DNA of 64,000 nucleotides from Pristiophorus japonicus (lineage: Eukaryota): contig NC_091991.1 in assembly GCF_044704955.1 (NCBI RefSeq), positions 55,862,001-55,926,000 of the forward strand, in the 5' to 3' direction. Made by a program: the position numbers and the translations under genes. This document shows, piece by piece, positions 26,601 to 38,702 of the stretch. Under the pieces are notes generated by a model. The model searched no databases and had not been told where the DNA came from. It saw only the letters and a program-made list of their open reading frames with translations. Within the stretch, counting starts at the first letter, position 1. Every line of letters begins with the position of its first letter.

Positions 26601-29600
26601 CTTCCCCCCCCCCCCCCCCCACCTCGTTCTGGACGCCTAATTTGTAACCTGCGCCTGATTTTTTTTAATGTGTAGAACAGGTTTTTTTCAGTTCTACAAA
26701 AATCTTCACTTGCTCCATTCTACTTTAGTTTGGAGTACGTTTTCACTGTGGAAACTTTGAAATCAGGAGTCAGTGGCCGGACACGCCCCCTTTTGAAGAA
26801 AAAATTCTGTTCCAAAGTAGAACTGTTCTACCTGACTAGAACTGCAGAAAAAAAAATGTGGAGAATTGCGATTTCTAAGATAGTCCGTTCTCCACCAGTT
26901 GCTCCTAAAAATCGGGCGCAAATCATGTGGAAACTTGGGCCCAAAGAGTGATTAATACTTCGAATGGTCTTCTGGGTACAAAAAAATGTTCACTTCGATG
27001 CTGTGATGGGGTGGGGAGGTACCATAGGCTTCTTAAGGGGAACATGGCCTTCTAGGCAAGGATGAGCTAGATGGGCTGAATGGCCTCCTTCATCACTTAT
27101 CTTTAAGTATAGATACTGCAGTGCCCTTTGATGACAAATGGAGCACTGCAATACTGCAGTTTATTTTATAAATCCTTATTCGACTGATCTGAGTCTGGAA
27201 TCATGTTTTGTAGTTTTTGCTACCCTCAGCCCAGTTTTTAAAAATTCTGATTCAATTTTATTTTAGTGAAAGACTGCGCAGCTGAGAAAGAGCCCCTGAA
27301 CATTCTGCCATATGGTGTAATTTTGTTTGTTTTTTAATCCAGATGTTTCGCAATTATGTTCTGGAGTTACAAATAGTGACAGCAGATGAGAACATCTGTA
27401 ACTGGATGATGTTTGTGCACAGAGCTAGGTGAGTCAATTTCCACCCGTGAAACGTAAGGCAGTGAGCAATGTGGATAGCACAAAGGATAATATACTGACT
27501 GTTGGTAGGTACAGCAGATTCATGTGGAACTCATGAGCTCGACTATTCCTGCTTATCCCTTAAAAGTGTTTGTTGCTGACATTAGTTAAAAAAATGTGGG
27601 AAAATGTTCCATTCTAAACTCTTCTCTGTATATTAGTGCAACCTTGGAATTGTCTCACACCTTGCGTGGCCTGGGATAACATCCTCAAACTTGTCACCTG
27701 GCTGATGACATGTTTATTCTTTACTATCCTGTCACTGAATACTTTGGAAAAGTGCCAAGGCCAATAGTGCAGGTCAAAGCACCACCACAGCTGGAAAGAG
27801 TAAAAGAGAAATAAGGTAAAACAAGAAGCAGTGATTAGATGATGCAAAACTTAGATTTTTAAAAACCTTTAGATTCTAGGAGGGAATTAAGAAGTTCAGT
27901 GGTGTTTAGGGCCTGAAACAGATTTGAGTTTGTGTAGGGGAAAGTATACAGTCTAGTCATGGTAATTCACTGATTTTTAGTGCACATATAGTCCGATGTC
28001 AATGGTGAGCATAAAAGTCCAACTAATGTTGTTCGCTGTTAAATTCCCCATTGTAGTAATTTCTGGCCCATTAAATACAAAAAAAACTTGAAGTTTACGT
28101 CAGACCCTCTATATAGTGAAAAAAACTGTTGAATAGAATTGGAGACTGAGTGGCAGGGCCGCTTATAGGACTAACATTTTACCTCTGGGTCACATTGAAA
28201 ATCAGACTGAATGGGATGAAACTTTCCTTTCTCATGAGCTATAATGATAAGTGAAGGAAGTTTGGGACAGTTGCAACTCAATCCCTGGTGGATAATTTAT
28301 GTGGGGTAATGGAAATATCATATTGATGTGAAGGGGTGCTCTTCAGAGGCTGGTTAAGGCATATGGAACTATGTAAATGGAGTTTCATCCCGACCTATAC
28401 CCGCTCTGAGTGTGCATGATGATGCACTGTAGTTTAACTCTTGTATTTAACTAATGCTTTATTTGGGCTGAGGGTACTTGATAGGGCTGGGTAGAGGAGG
28501 CATCAGGTGTACCTGAACTGTGAGTGCTTGATGCTGATGCTGGGAGCAGAAAATATTCCATTCCCAGCGCTTATGTCCTTTACCAATTTAGTCTGAAATT
28601 ATTGCTCAGTGGATCTTATCATTATTGTGCATAATCCAGTATAATTTGCTGACACTTGCAATGAAAAAAAAACATTTGTCACAGTTATTTATTTTCCATT
28701 CTCCCTTTCTTTCCTCTTTCATGTGGTGCAGTCATTTCATACAAACACCAGTTGGTTGGAGCTGGCCTAGCGAGCAACATCTCTATTCCTGGTGTCAGAA
28801 TTGTTCTGGGATTATGGCTTTGTAAATTTAGGATTTTGGTTCTATTTATTTTTATTAATTGTGTCAGTCTTGGCTCAATGGTAGAAGGATCACTACAAGT
28901 CTTGAGCACATAATCTAGACTGACAATGCAGTACTGAAAAAATGCTGTCTTCTGGATGAGAATTTAAACTGAGGCCTAATCTGCTGCCTTGGATGGATGT
29001 AGAGGATACCATTGCCCTATTTGAAGAAGATGCGGGAGTTCTCCAAGTATACTTATCTCTCAATCAACATCACTAAAACTGACCAACTAGTCATTTACTT
29101 CATTGCTGTTTGTGGGACCTTGCTGTGTGCAAATTAACTATTGTGTTTGCCTGTGTTACAACAGAGACTACACTTCAGTGGCTGTGATGCACTTTGGGAA
29201 GTTCTGAGGACATAAATGGAGCTATATAAATGCAGATTTATTTTGTTTTCTTTCGCCTTCTGAAAGGGTGATTACTATAGTGCAATGATGCCTCTAACAC
29301 AATTGTCCACACAGAGACAATGTCCGTTACCCTTGCTGATCGATGTACTGTAATTGCCAACTGAATAATAAAAATCATTTCAATCTCTGCTTGTAAAATT
29401 TCATAGTTGCACTGAGTAATGGGACATCCTGGTGAATCTGATTGCCCATTATTGGGGGGAATGTTAAGTGACAATCATTTAGTCATTTATACTAGTCCTA
29501 GAAATGCAATGTCTGTGTTGCAAGCCTTGTCTTGTAACAACTTTTGACATTAATACTTTTAACCATGTGACTTGCTCTCAGCCACTGGATTCCCTATGAA

Positions 29601-32600
29601 ATATAAGAGAGGGGAATGCAGGGAACCATGTTTCCAGATCTGCATTTGCCCGTAAATACCAATCGCATTTGTAATAAACTTTCCCTTTTCCTAATGTAAA
29701 GATGAAACTCTTTTTCTCGAAGGTGCCTTGACCAAGATTAACAGTTGCTTGCGTAGGGGAAGGCAGGTGCACGTTCCACAACCACGTGACACAAGGCTCA
29801 GCTTAAAAGGATTAATTTATCGGAAGCTTGTTTGAGGAGATTGTGTTCAGCTTATTTCCACAACACAGGTTTCTTTTAATATCACAACATCGCTGAGCCT
29901 CCTGCTGATGTACTAGTCAAAGGGCTGTGGATTCATGGCTCTTTATCCTGCCAATGCCATGAAAACAGAGGTGTGGCACCCTGAGTTGAGGTGTGGGGGG
30001 GAAATTTGAACGTTTTTAGTAGGTTTACAACTGTTACATTTCCTCTAGGACTCGGGACGAGCAAAACCTGGTGGCCTATCCTCACAATGAGAAGATTTAT
30101 TTCTGTACATCCAGGGAGGTCCTTCCTGACCACGAGCTACTCTTTTACTACAGCAGGGACTATTCAAGGCAACTTGGTAAGTGGAATTTGGAAGGTCAAT
30201 CTTGCCATTCACTTGTTAGATTTCTATTAGTTAATTACTCTGGATAGTTAGGAAACAACAGCCAAAACGTGAGCATTTTTGCAGCTGCTTAATGCCTGCT
30301 TATCCCAACTCAAAATGAGTTTCGAGGTCGTGCTTAAATAGTGGTACAGGTGTAGTTATTGCCCATGCACCTCAGCAGGGCTGAAATCTCTCCATTAGAT
30401 ACCCTATTGGGCTTCTGAGCACAGAACATTGGCCTGGATTTCACAATGGTAATAACGGTGAAGCTGTCAGCTTTTGCCATCAATACCCCTCTGAAACTGA
30501 CTGCAACTTCAGGATTTAGCACATGCACAAACAAACTTGGAAATCCTGAAGTTGCAGTCAGCCATTCACTGCTCCGCCACAGGTTGCGCTGTGAAACTCC
30601 CCAGAGCTGGCAATCAGTTGAAATCACATACAAGGATGAAAACTTCCCCCTTTTACGATGGAATATCGCTGTTTAAAAAAACCTCAAAAAACTTTAAGCC
30701 TTGTTGAAAGAGGTGTAACTGGGGTTTTAACAGTATACTGACTGCTGAACAACCATTCTGGCCCTGAAAAACTAATTTTTATATTTGTGGAATGTCAACT
30801 TTTTCCCTTAATATGATTAAGAATGACAATTTTTTAATAGATTTTTTTTTAAAGTTTATGATAGTTCAGCTTCTACCTTAATCATATGTGTATGTCCTCA
30901 TCTTTATTTTGCTCTCTGTAAAATTTATAAAAAGTAAATTAAATCTGCATTTTACTTCCTGGTTTGCTGTCTGTGAGAATTCTTCAATGTGATTGGCTGC
31001 GTAGCCAACTTGATAACATCACTGTTGTCAGATGTTTAGGATGCGCTTGATTTGGTGCCAGATTCAAACAAAGGTCGAGACAGCTGAAATTCACGCCACA
31101 GAGATCGCTAGTTCTTTGTGGGCAGCTTTCTTCGAGATCAGCAGCGAGCAAAGTCGCTTTGCCGCTGACTGCAAATTCCTAGTCATTGTTATATACCTGG
31201 GTGTCCAGAATGCAAATTTTCTGAGAGTCAGGTGTTATTTTTCTGGGTTACTGGTCAAAGACCTGTTTGTGCAAAAACCTGATTTCAAAGTCATTAGACC
31301 AGAGACTGAAATCACAGAAATAAGTGTGGGTATGCCATGTAAGTTTTAGAAGTATTTTACTGTCCATTATTTTCTCCGATTTTTTTTCAATTTGCCTCTT
31401 TTCCCCTCTCGTTAATCTTTAGTTATATTCTGACTCAATTCATACAAAAGCTATGAAATTCAGTTTAATGTGACTAGGTTTGCAAAGCCTGAAACACGAA
31501 TATGGATGTTAATGTTTGTTACTGACCTTTACTGTCTGTAGCCACACAGTTTGGCATCTCTGTGAATTAGAAGTTGGCATTATGGCTTCAAATTTTTGAT
31601 TCACTTTGAAACGCTGCTGTGAACAATAGTGGTCCTTGTTTTATATGCTCTACTCCCCCATGGAAATTCAGATCTGGGTGGGGGAGGGGAACCTGGAGTT
31701 AGGTTACCTCCTCATTCATTGGTTCTCACCAGTTCCAGGATATGTCGATGCCCCTAATTAAGGTGACAACATGCTGCGGTGCAGCGGGACCTGGGGGGTC
31801 CTTGTGCATGAATCCCAAAAAGTTAGTTTGCACGTAATCAGGAAGGCGAATGGAATGTTGGCCTTCATTGCGAGAGGGATGGAGTACAAAAGCAGGGAGG
31901 TCCTGCTGCAACTGTACAGGGTATTGGTGAGGCCGCACCTGGAGTACTGCATGCAGTTTTGGTCACCTTACTTAAGGAAGGATATACCAGCTTTGGAGGG
32001 GGTACAGAGACAATTCACTAGGCTGATTCCGGAGATGAGGGGGTTACCTTATGATGATAGATTGAGTAGACTGGGTCTTTACTCGTTGGAGTTCAGAAGG
32101 ATGAGGGGTGATCTTATAGAAACATTTAAAATAATGAAAGGGATAGACAAGATAGAGGCAGAGAGGTTGTTTTCACTGGTCGGGGAGACTAGAACTAGGG
32201 GACACAACCTCAAAATACGGGGGAGCCAATTTAAAACCGAGTTGAGAAGGAATTTCTTCTCCCAGAGGGTTGTGAATCTGTGGAATTCTCTGCCCAAGGA
32301 AGCAGTTGAGGCTAGCTCATTGAATGTATTCAAGTCACAGATAGATAGATTTTTAACCAATAAGTGAATTAAGGGTTATGAGGAGCGGGCGGGTAAGTGG
32401 AGCCGAGTCCACGGCCAGATCAGCCATGATCTTGTTGAATGGCAGAGCAGGTTCGAGGGGCTAGATGGCCTACTCCTGTTCCTAATTCTTATGTGCTTAT
32501 GTATGTTCTAGAAGAGTAGGAAAAAAAACACCCCTTTTTTCCCCATCCTTAACCAAGATTACAAAAGCATTTATTATTCTTTGTGGCTCTGTACCATACC

Positions 32601-35442
32601 ATGAGATGTATCTGCCGACACAGAGTGGAATGTGTATATATGTGCATTTATTTTGTTGAAGGAATTCCTGAGCATCCAGACGTGCACATGTGTCACTGTG
32701 GGAAGACGTACGAGACATACAGTGAGCTGAAGTCGCATCTGAGCAGCCATGGACAGAGCCGGGAAAGGAAGTGGAAGTGCTCCATCTGCCCAAGAGCATT
32801 CACCTCCTCCACCAAGTTGAACGTTCACATGATGGGGCATATGGGGATGAAACCACACAAGTGTGAGTTCTGCAGCAAGGCATTCAGCGACCCTAGCAAC
32901 CTACGAACTCATCTCAAAATCCACACAGGTAGGCATACCACGCACAGCTTCCTGCTCCATTTACCGTTGGGTATTGCAATGCCCATCAGGGACCTATGTT
33001 TCCAATACACAACATTTTTTCCCCTGCAATTTTCCCTGTGCACCCAGAACAATGAAAATAAAAGAAGAGAACAGTGCATTTGTACTAATATCTTATAGAA
33101 CATTCTTTTTTAATCCAATACTTCTTCAGACTGGTGAACTTTTAACTGTGTCCCCATTCATTGATACGTCACAGCTTGGAAATGTCTGCCTTTCATACAT
33201 AGGCGAATTGTAAACCCACTATCTGTAATTAGGACAGGATTTCACCAGGAATCAGCTGCTATTTAATTAAATTGGGTGTGAAACCTGTTGTATTGCCCAC
33301 TACTGGCTAGACCATATACTCCTCCACTAGGACACAGGTTTAAGAATAAGGGGTTGCCAATTTAGAACTGAGATGAGGAGGAATTTCTTCTCTCAAGGGG
33401 TCGTAAATCTGTGGAATTCTCTGCCCCAGAGAGCTGTGGAGGTTGGGCCATTGAATATATTTAAGGTGGAGATAGACAGATTTGTGAAAGGGAGTGAAGG
33501 GTTATGGGGAGCAGGCAGGGAAGTGAAGATCAGATCAGCCATGATCTTATAGAATGGCGGAGCAGCCGCGAGGGGCCGAATGGCCTACTCCTGCTCCTAT
33601 TTCCTATACACTACAACTATGTGCATTCATATAGTGCCTTTAATGTAGAAAACATCCCAACGCACTTCATAAAGATGTTACAAAGACATAAATATCAAAT
33701 CTAAGGTGATATTTGGAGGAGTACAAAGTTTGGTGCAATAGATCGGTTTTGAGGAGGGTTTAAAGGAGAGGTACGTGGACAGGAGAGGCGATTAGGGAGG
33801 CAATTCCAGAGCATGGGGCCTAGGTGTAGTGAGGCAATGATACGCAAGAGGTATGGTTTCAAAGGAATAGATAGATTGTGGGAGGAAGGGGGGGGGCACG
33901 GTTATAAGGCTGGAGGAGGTTACCAAGATAGGGAGGGATGAGACCTTGAAGGGTTTAAACACAAGGCTGAGAATTTTAAATTTGAGGCATTGGGGAACCA
34001 GGAGCCTGTATAGTTCAGCAAGGACAGTGCTGATGAACGAGTGGGACCATGCCAGTTAGTTACTGGCAGCAAGAGTTTTGGAATGAGTTGTAGTTTGCAA
34101 ATGGTGGCAGATAGAAGGCCGGCCAAGAGATCATTGTAATTGAGTTTGGAGGTGACTAAAGAATGGATAAGGGTTTCAGCAAGTTTATTCTTCCTTTGAA
34201 CTGAAACCAGTGAAAGGTAATAGGATATCAATGCAAATGAGTGTAATGCAATGAAGTGGCATATACCCTGAATAACTTTTATAAAAATATATACATATAT
34301 TTACATTCTTTTTTCCAGGTCAAAAAAACTACCGCTGTGAAATGTGTGACAAGTCATTTACTCAGAAAGCTCATCTGGCCTCACACATGATAATCCACAC
34401 AGGGGAGAAGAATCTGAAATGTGATTTTTGTGAGAAAATGTTCATGCGGCGGCAGGACCTCCGGCAGCACATGCTGACCCACACACAGTAAGTCATCCAC
34501 TAGCTGTTTGAAGTTTGGCTCCCTTTTCTTGTTAGCACTGAATATTTGCAGAATCCAGAGTCCCAATCAGATTTACTTCAAACTGAATCGAAACATACGC
34601 TCCAGATAATCTCTTAACACTAAACCAATTACTGCCTTCAGCATGTTGGCTGAATGCAACACTCCTTCAGTACACTGAAGTGTCAGCCTAGATTATATGC
34701 TCAAGTCATGGGAGTGGGGTTTGGACACACAACCCATTGACTGAAGTAAGAGTACTCTTAGCCACGGCTAACACCTACCACTAGGATCACCTCAAAAGGG
34801 GTTAAATCAATGTCACCTGGTTTCTTTGAAAAGGGCCGGTGTGGGCCAAAGCAGCCCCAAACCTAATGGCAGCATTACTGCTCACTCGTGCAAGTTAGTG
34901 TAGCGTCGAATGATGGGAAGACCCTAAGAAATAGGTTAGCTGAAATTATCATATTGCTAAAACGCATCTTGGGCCATCAGTAAAGACTAGGGGTGGGGGA
35001 TCTTTGTCTTCAATATATATTATATATAGCCACATGTGATACCTACTAAAAATAAGCATTGCATTTTAATGAATGCTTTTTAAAAAAATTGTTTATATTT
35101 TTATGCAGAGAGCGGCAAATCAAGTGTCCAAATTGTGACAAGCTCTTCTGGAGGACAACGCACTTAAAGAAACATCTCAACTCACATGAAGGAAAGAGGG
35201 ATTTCATATGTGAGAAGTGCTCAAAGGCATTCTTGACAAAGTATCACTTGACTAGACATCTAAAGATCTGTAAAGGTTCCAAGACATGCCTGCCCATACA
35301 AGATCTGGAGGAAGAGGAGGAAGAGGAGGAGGAGGAGGAGGAGGAAGTAGACAGTGAAGATGACGAACTGTTGCAATCTGATGGTGGTGGGGCCTGCCAG
35401 TTAAACAATGAAGATTACACCACAGAAGACAGCTCTCAGTAG
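14474..35442 (+). CDS. PRDM4: PR domain zinc finger protein 4, spliced CDS join(14474..14603,18230..18415,20012..20809,23021..23170,24374..24495,27343..27428,30049..30176,32662..32928,34319..34487,35109..35442), 2370 nt = 789 aa + stop
   Basis: Exon translations match remembered vertebrate PRDM4 ([97 protein letters not shown]). All introns are GT-AG with consistent phases and the summed length is divisible by 3. Confidence 0.96.
15165..17130 (+). mobile_element. Second CR1-group LINE family, 3' portion, degenerate
   Basis: [43 protein letters not shown]; distinct tail gggcaataaatgctggc...cacatccca.gaacgaat. Confidence 0.8.
17560..18115 (-). mobile_element. Ingi/Vingi-like LINE 3' remnant
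   Basis: LANIAPPHL and [16 protein letters not shown]...SPSCD.G C-terminal knuckle-like motif. Confidence 0.55.
18230..18415 (+). CDS. PRDM4: PRDM4 coding exon 2
   Basis: ctgcag|ga; [25 protein letters not shown]...YFRHILP; donor g|gtaagt. Confidence 0.95.
18620..18750 (+). repeat. ~33-bp degenerate tandem repeat
   Basis: ttcatctgtctgtactacctccttcacattccc-like unit, about 3 copies. Confidence 0.6.
18757..19172 (+). mobile_element. Deu-domain SINE, near full length with tRNA-derived head
   Basis: A-box tggctcagtggg, B-box-like ggttctactcc, Deu body, L2-like tail. Confidence 0.85.
20012..20809 (+). CDS. PRDM4: PRDM4 coding exon 3 (long Ser/Val-rich N-terminal region)
   Basis: cctgcag|gt; [17 protein letters not shown]...[17 protein letters not shown]; donor t|gtaagt. 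Confidence 0.95.
20975..21360 (+). mobile_element. Deu-domain SINE, older copy
   Basis: gcctctgagtcagaaggtcgtgggttgaag...taaaagatcctatgacactatttgaag. Confidence 0.75.
21563..21957. mobile_element. Tc1/mariner (pogo/Tigger-like) MITE
   Basis: TA|CAGGTACAACATCTGAAATCCGG ... CTGGATTTGGGACGTTGTATCTG|TA; ~23-bp imperfect TIRs, TA TSD. Confidence 0.8.
23021..23170 (+). CDS. PRDM4: PRDM4 coding exon 4 (PR zinc knuckle)
   Basis: ccttcag|gg; [17 protein letters not shown]...[22 protein letters not shown]; donor g|gtatgc. Confidence 0.95.
23296..23825. mobile_element. Harbinger-like MITE remnant (one end only)
   Basis: GGGCCGAAAATTG terminus, then a CpG-rich followed by AT-rich interior as in the other copies. 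Confidence 0.45.
24374..24495 (+). CDS. PRDM4: PRDM4 coding exon 5 (PR/SET domain)
   Basis: ggcag|gt; [21 protein letters not shown]...NIWK; donor aag|gttagt; not in the ORF track. Confidence 0.92.
25268..26942. mobile_element. Non-autonomous PIF/Harbinger-like element with internal minisatellite
   Basis: TIR GGGCCCAAGTTTCCACA / TGTGGAAACTTGGGCCC (17/17), 3-bp TSD AAA on both sides. Confidence 0.85.
25625..26450 (+). repeat. ~40-bp C-rich minisatellite (about 20 units with variants)
   Basis: Unit ccacggcaacaaaccgctgtctccttcccctc(a/c)ctcccct; accounts for the long repetitive ORFs on both strands. Confidence 0.93.
27343..27428 (+). CDS. PRDM4: PRDM4 coding exon 6 (PR/SET domain)
   Basis: aatccag|atg; [29 protein letters not shown]; donor ag|gtgagt. 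Confidence 0.93.
28868..29250 (+). mobile_element. Deu-domain SINE, older copy
   Basis: tggctcaatggtag...ttgagcacataatctagactgac...gctatataaatgcag. Confidence 0.75.
30049..30176 (+). CDS. PRDM4: PRDM4 coding exon 7 (PR/SET domain C-terminus)
   Basis: cctctag|g; [42 protein letters not shown]; donor g|gtaagt. Confidence 0.93.
30431..31184. mobile_element. Harbinger-like MITE, degenerate
   Basis: GGCCTGGATTTC ... GCAAATTCCTAGTC imperfect ends with ATT on both flanks. Confidence 0.5.
31770..32505 (+). mobile_element. CR1/HER1-like LINE 3' fragment (relatively young)
   Basis: Open 198-aa frame [12 protein letters not shown]...VRPHLEYC...NLWNSLP; tail cctactcctgttcctaattcttatg. Confidence 0.92.
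32662..32928 (+). CDS. PRDM4: PRDM4 coding exon 8 (C2H2 fingers)
   Basis: ttgaag|ga; [15 protein letters not shown]...[10 protein letters not shown]...[24 protein letters not shown]; donor g|gtaggc. Confidence 0.95.
33328..33608 (+). mobile_element. CR1 3' tail
   Basis: gagatgaggaggaatttcttctc...ggcctactcctgctcctattt. Confidence 0.85.
33615..34185 (-). mobile_element. L2 LINE 3' fragment
   Basis: [20 protein letters not shown]...KLQLI, typical of the L2 RT C-terminus. Confidence 0.7.
34319..34487 (+). CDS. PRDM4: PRDM4 coding exon 9 (C2H2 fingers)
   Basis: ttttccag|gt; [56 protein letters not shown]; donor ca|gtaagt. Confidence 0.95.
35109..35442 (+). CDS. PRDM4: PRDM4 last coding exon (C2H2 fingers + acidic tail)
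   Basis: atgcag|a; [56 protein letters not shown]...poly-E...SSQ*. Confidence 0.95.
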
Positions 35443-36818
35443 TAGCAGTGTGTTGCAAATTACTTTAGTGGGTATCCAACAAGATCCACAGAGCATAGCA
35501 GGAGATAGGACTGTGAAAGGCTGGCTGTCCATTTCAGCAGGAACTTGTTCATGGATTTAATGCAGTTTTTGTTATCTCCAGAATAAGAGGTTAATGGGTG
35601 CTATCTGAGAGGTTACAGTATTATAGTTTGGAGTCCACATTCCCTGATCCAAGAAATGCACCAAATGTAGAATGGTTGTCCCTGTACAGCACATGAAGCA
35701 AAGTAGATGAGCATACAGAGCAGTGATGCAGCAGTAAAGGTGGTATCGGGAGTCTGCAGCTGATACTGCTGAATATGGAATAAGCAGATTATGTTCAGTG
35801 TGATTCTAAAATGATGAGTTCCCACACAGGGTCAATCCAAACATAGAGATTTCATTATATATATATATATTTTCAAATCCTACTATACCCTGATGCGTAT
35901 CTTCTAATTTCTATATAGAATCATACACACAGCTCAGATTGACCAACGTTCTGGCCAGAGTAAGCCCACTGATGCCAACTTTAGGAATATATGACAATCT
36001 CTGCCACACTGACAAAGCGTGTAGCCACTTGCTAACCTGTGACTGTTATTGCTGCTCTGGGAGATGGAGCATAGCTCCTTGCTGCCCATTATTAGCAAGA
36101 TCAGAAGAACCAATGAAGATTTTGGTCAACATGCAAAATAAATTGAAGCACTTGAAGCATTTGAACACTGTTTCCAAGGTATTGAATATAAAAGCTCAGA
36201 TCGTTCATGCTGGGATAGTCAAGTCAAAAAGCACATTCTATTTTCCACTAGACTGTACAGTCCAGTGCAGGACAAGTGTGTGCCTATTAAATTCCAGTTT
36301 AATAGTTTTTACCTTGAATAGGAGTTGATAATATTTTAGAAATTAACTTTTCATCTTAAAAACACCTTGCCATGTGCATATGGGACCAGGTGCCGCACTG
36401 CACTGCACTGGAAGATAATTGATAGTATGAGGCAGTTTCACACTTTCTGCTAACTGGAAATGAACAGCGAAAGCAAAGCTTTAGATTGTAGATCTCCTGA
36501 TCTCTCAAACTTGTGTAGCTGCCTCATACCTATTTAGTACTTGTGATACTGTAAGTTTAAAATATATATTTATGTACATTAGCAGGTAGGCTATGGACAA
36601 ACAAAAGGGTTGTTCGCCAAAATGGACAGCGCTAACTTGTGCGTCTAGGTGTAACATATTGTAAATCTTTCTGTAACATATTTTCCTTTTACGTTCCAGT
36701 CAAATGTAATATAAAAAAGACAAATTGAAAGTATAGCATTATTTTTATGCTATAGGCAAAAGATACAATCTTGTGTTTCAACTTTATGCCTTCAGAAACT
36801 GATCATAAAAACAAGACA

Positions 36819-36824
36819 AATAAA
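36819..36824 (+). terminator. PRDM4: Likely PRDM4 polyadenylation signal (alternative proximal AATAAA at 36137-36142)
   Basis: AATAAA at the end of ~1.4 kb of repeat-free AT-rich 3' UTR-like sequence with TGTA elements upstream and GT-rich sequence downstream. Confidence 0.5.
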
Positions 36825-37619
36825 CTGTTCAGTTTCCAGCACTGGAAGTGCTTGATTTCTGTGCACTCTTTGTAAAACCACCTGCTCCACTGAAGTCGGT
36901 AACCATGTGGGGAACTGTAGAGACATTGAATCTGTGCAAACTGAACTCTGTTGTACAAAGCAGTGGGCTTTATACAAGTTATGCTTGTGTATAAAATGGT
37001 GGTTGCTCCCAGTGAGAATTCACAGCTAAGTATTTCATTCAAAATCAGAGTAGCAATGAGGAAGTTTAGCCTTTAATTGAAAATGTAATGGAGGGCAAGT
37101 GGTTGTTCCAGTAACTTGCATATAACTCATGCTTTAGCTGACCAGAATTAACAGCAAAGCTTAATGCATTGGAGAGTACTCGATCCTGTAAAAATATTTT
37201 TAGCAATTGTATTGCAGTAAAGGTTTGGGACATTTACATCTTGTATCTGGATTTCAATTAAGCCCAGACTGATGAGGTCACTTTGACTAACCGTGACCAA
37301 TTACTAGAGTGTACAAGATCAGGGTACGAAGTTGTAATGTCTATGATCATAGGAAAGCTATTGTTGGAACTAGAAATACAGTCCCCACCACTTAAAGCAG
37401 GTGTGTTCATGCGAACGCGATGGCCGGTATAAGGGTCAAATTCCGAACATGTCTGGACCGCACCTCCCACCCACCTGGTATTCGAGTACTTACCCTGATT
37501 GTAGAGCTGGCGACAGTACGGCTCGTGACAGCAAGACCAGGACCATCTTCAGCTCTGGGAGCACCAAGAGCAAGTAAAGTGGTCAAGAATAAATCTACTA
37601 ACCAAAGACTCTTTTCAGA

Positions 37620-38035
37620 AGATTGTGGATTCAAGTCCCACTCCAGGGACTTGAGCACAAAAAAAATCTAGGCCGACACTCCAGTGCAGTGCTGAGGGAG
37701 CGCTGCACTGTTGGAGGTGCCGTCTTTCGGATGAGACGTTAAACTGAGGCTCTGTCTGCTCTCTCAAGTGGACATAAAAGATCCCATGGCACTATTTTGA
37801 AGAGCAGGGGAGTTACCCCAGTGTCCTGGCCAATATTTATCCCTCAATCAACATAACCAGATAATCTGTTTTTTTTTATCACATTGCTGTTTGTGGGTAC
37901 TTGCTTGTGCGCAATTTGGCTGCCACATTTACTACATTACAACAGTGACTACACTCAAAGTACTTAATTGGCTGTAAAGCGCTTTGAGACATCCGGTGGT
38001 CGTGAAAGGCGCTATATAAATCAGTCTTTTTTTCT
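37620..38035 (+). mobile_element. Deu-domain SINE between the two 3' ends
   Basis: ttcaagtcccactccag...gagggagcgctgcactgttggagg...aaaggcgctatataaatc. Confidence 0.85.
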
Positions 38036-38604
38036 AATCTGCATTTTTCATATCCCTCCCATTGGTTGTCTTTCCCTTTCTCCGGGCCCATTAAGTGCCC
38101 GTTAGTGCGTCCCCTCTGATTCCAGAATTCTTCCCGTCACACAAACACTGCTGTGATTTTGGGTCGGGGCAATTTCTAAATGGTTCTCTTTTCGGCCAAT
38201 ATAAACAACTGCCCGTTTTAAACAGTGGGTACTGTATTCAGATAGGCGCAATATTGGGTATGCTTCTGAAGGTCAGTTTAAGTGAGGTTAATTCTGTATG
38301 AAAGTGCCTCTTGAAGGGATTGTTTTTAAAGTTGATTTTCACATTCAAATTTGGACATCTTAGTTTACCAATTGATGGTTCTGGTTAAGTGACTTAATAC
38401 TTATTCTTCAGTCATAAGAGGTATAGAATAAACCACTGGGAGACAGCTAAACAACTTTCCAACCCCCCCCCCCCCCCCCCCCCCAACCAGACCAAAGGTT
38501 AATAAACACTTAAGCATTTACCAATTTTGGCACTGTATGCGGAACTGCTTTGTACAGTACAAGGTTACAGCTAAAAGCCCAGCTGAAAGAAATAGCACAA
38601 AAGG

Positions 38605-38702
38605 TGACTGTCCAGGTAATATATTTATTCCAATTATTTAATTTACAAGGTAGTCTCTCCAAGTGTCAGATGAACGTCCCAGAAATGCCCACAAAGAAAA
38701 CA
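38605..38702 (-). other. NDUFB2: NDUFB2 non-coding terminal exon with AATAAA (38624-38629)
   Basis: Minus-strand acceptor tgtttgtgtcttccacag| at 38703 and AATAAA ~75 nt downstream; the 3' end coordinate is an estimate. Confidence 0.7.

Larger units (their letters stand above)
24820..27100 (+). mobile_element. Old CR1 remnant split by a Harbinger-like element
   Basis: KANRML, ILKLY..TVRP; ...aggaagcgc...|aaagagtgattaatac...gatgggctgaatggcc tail. Confidence 0.65.
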
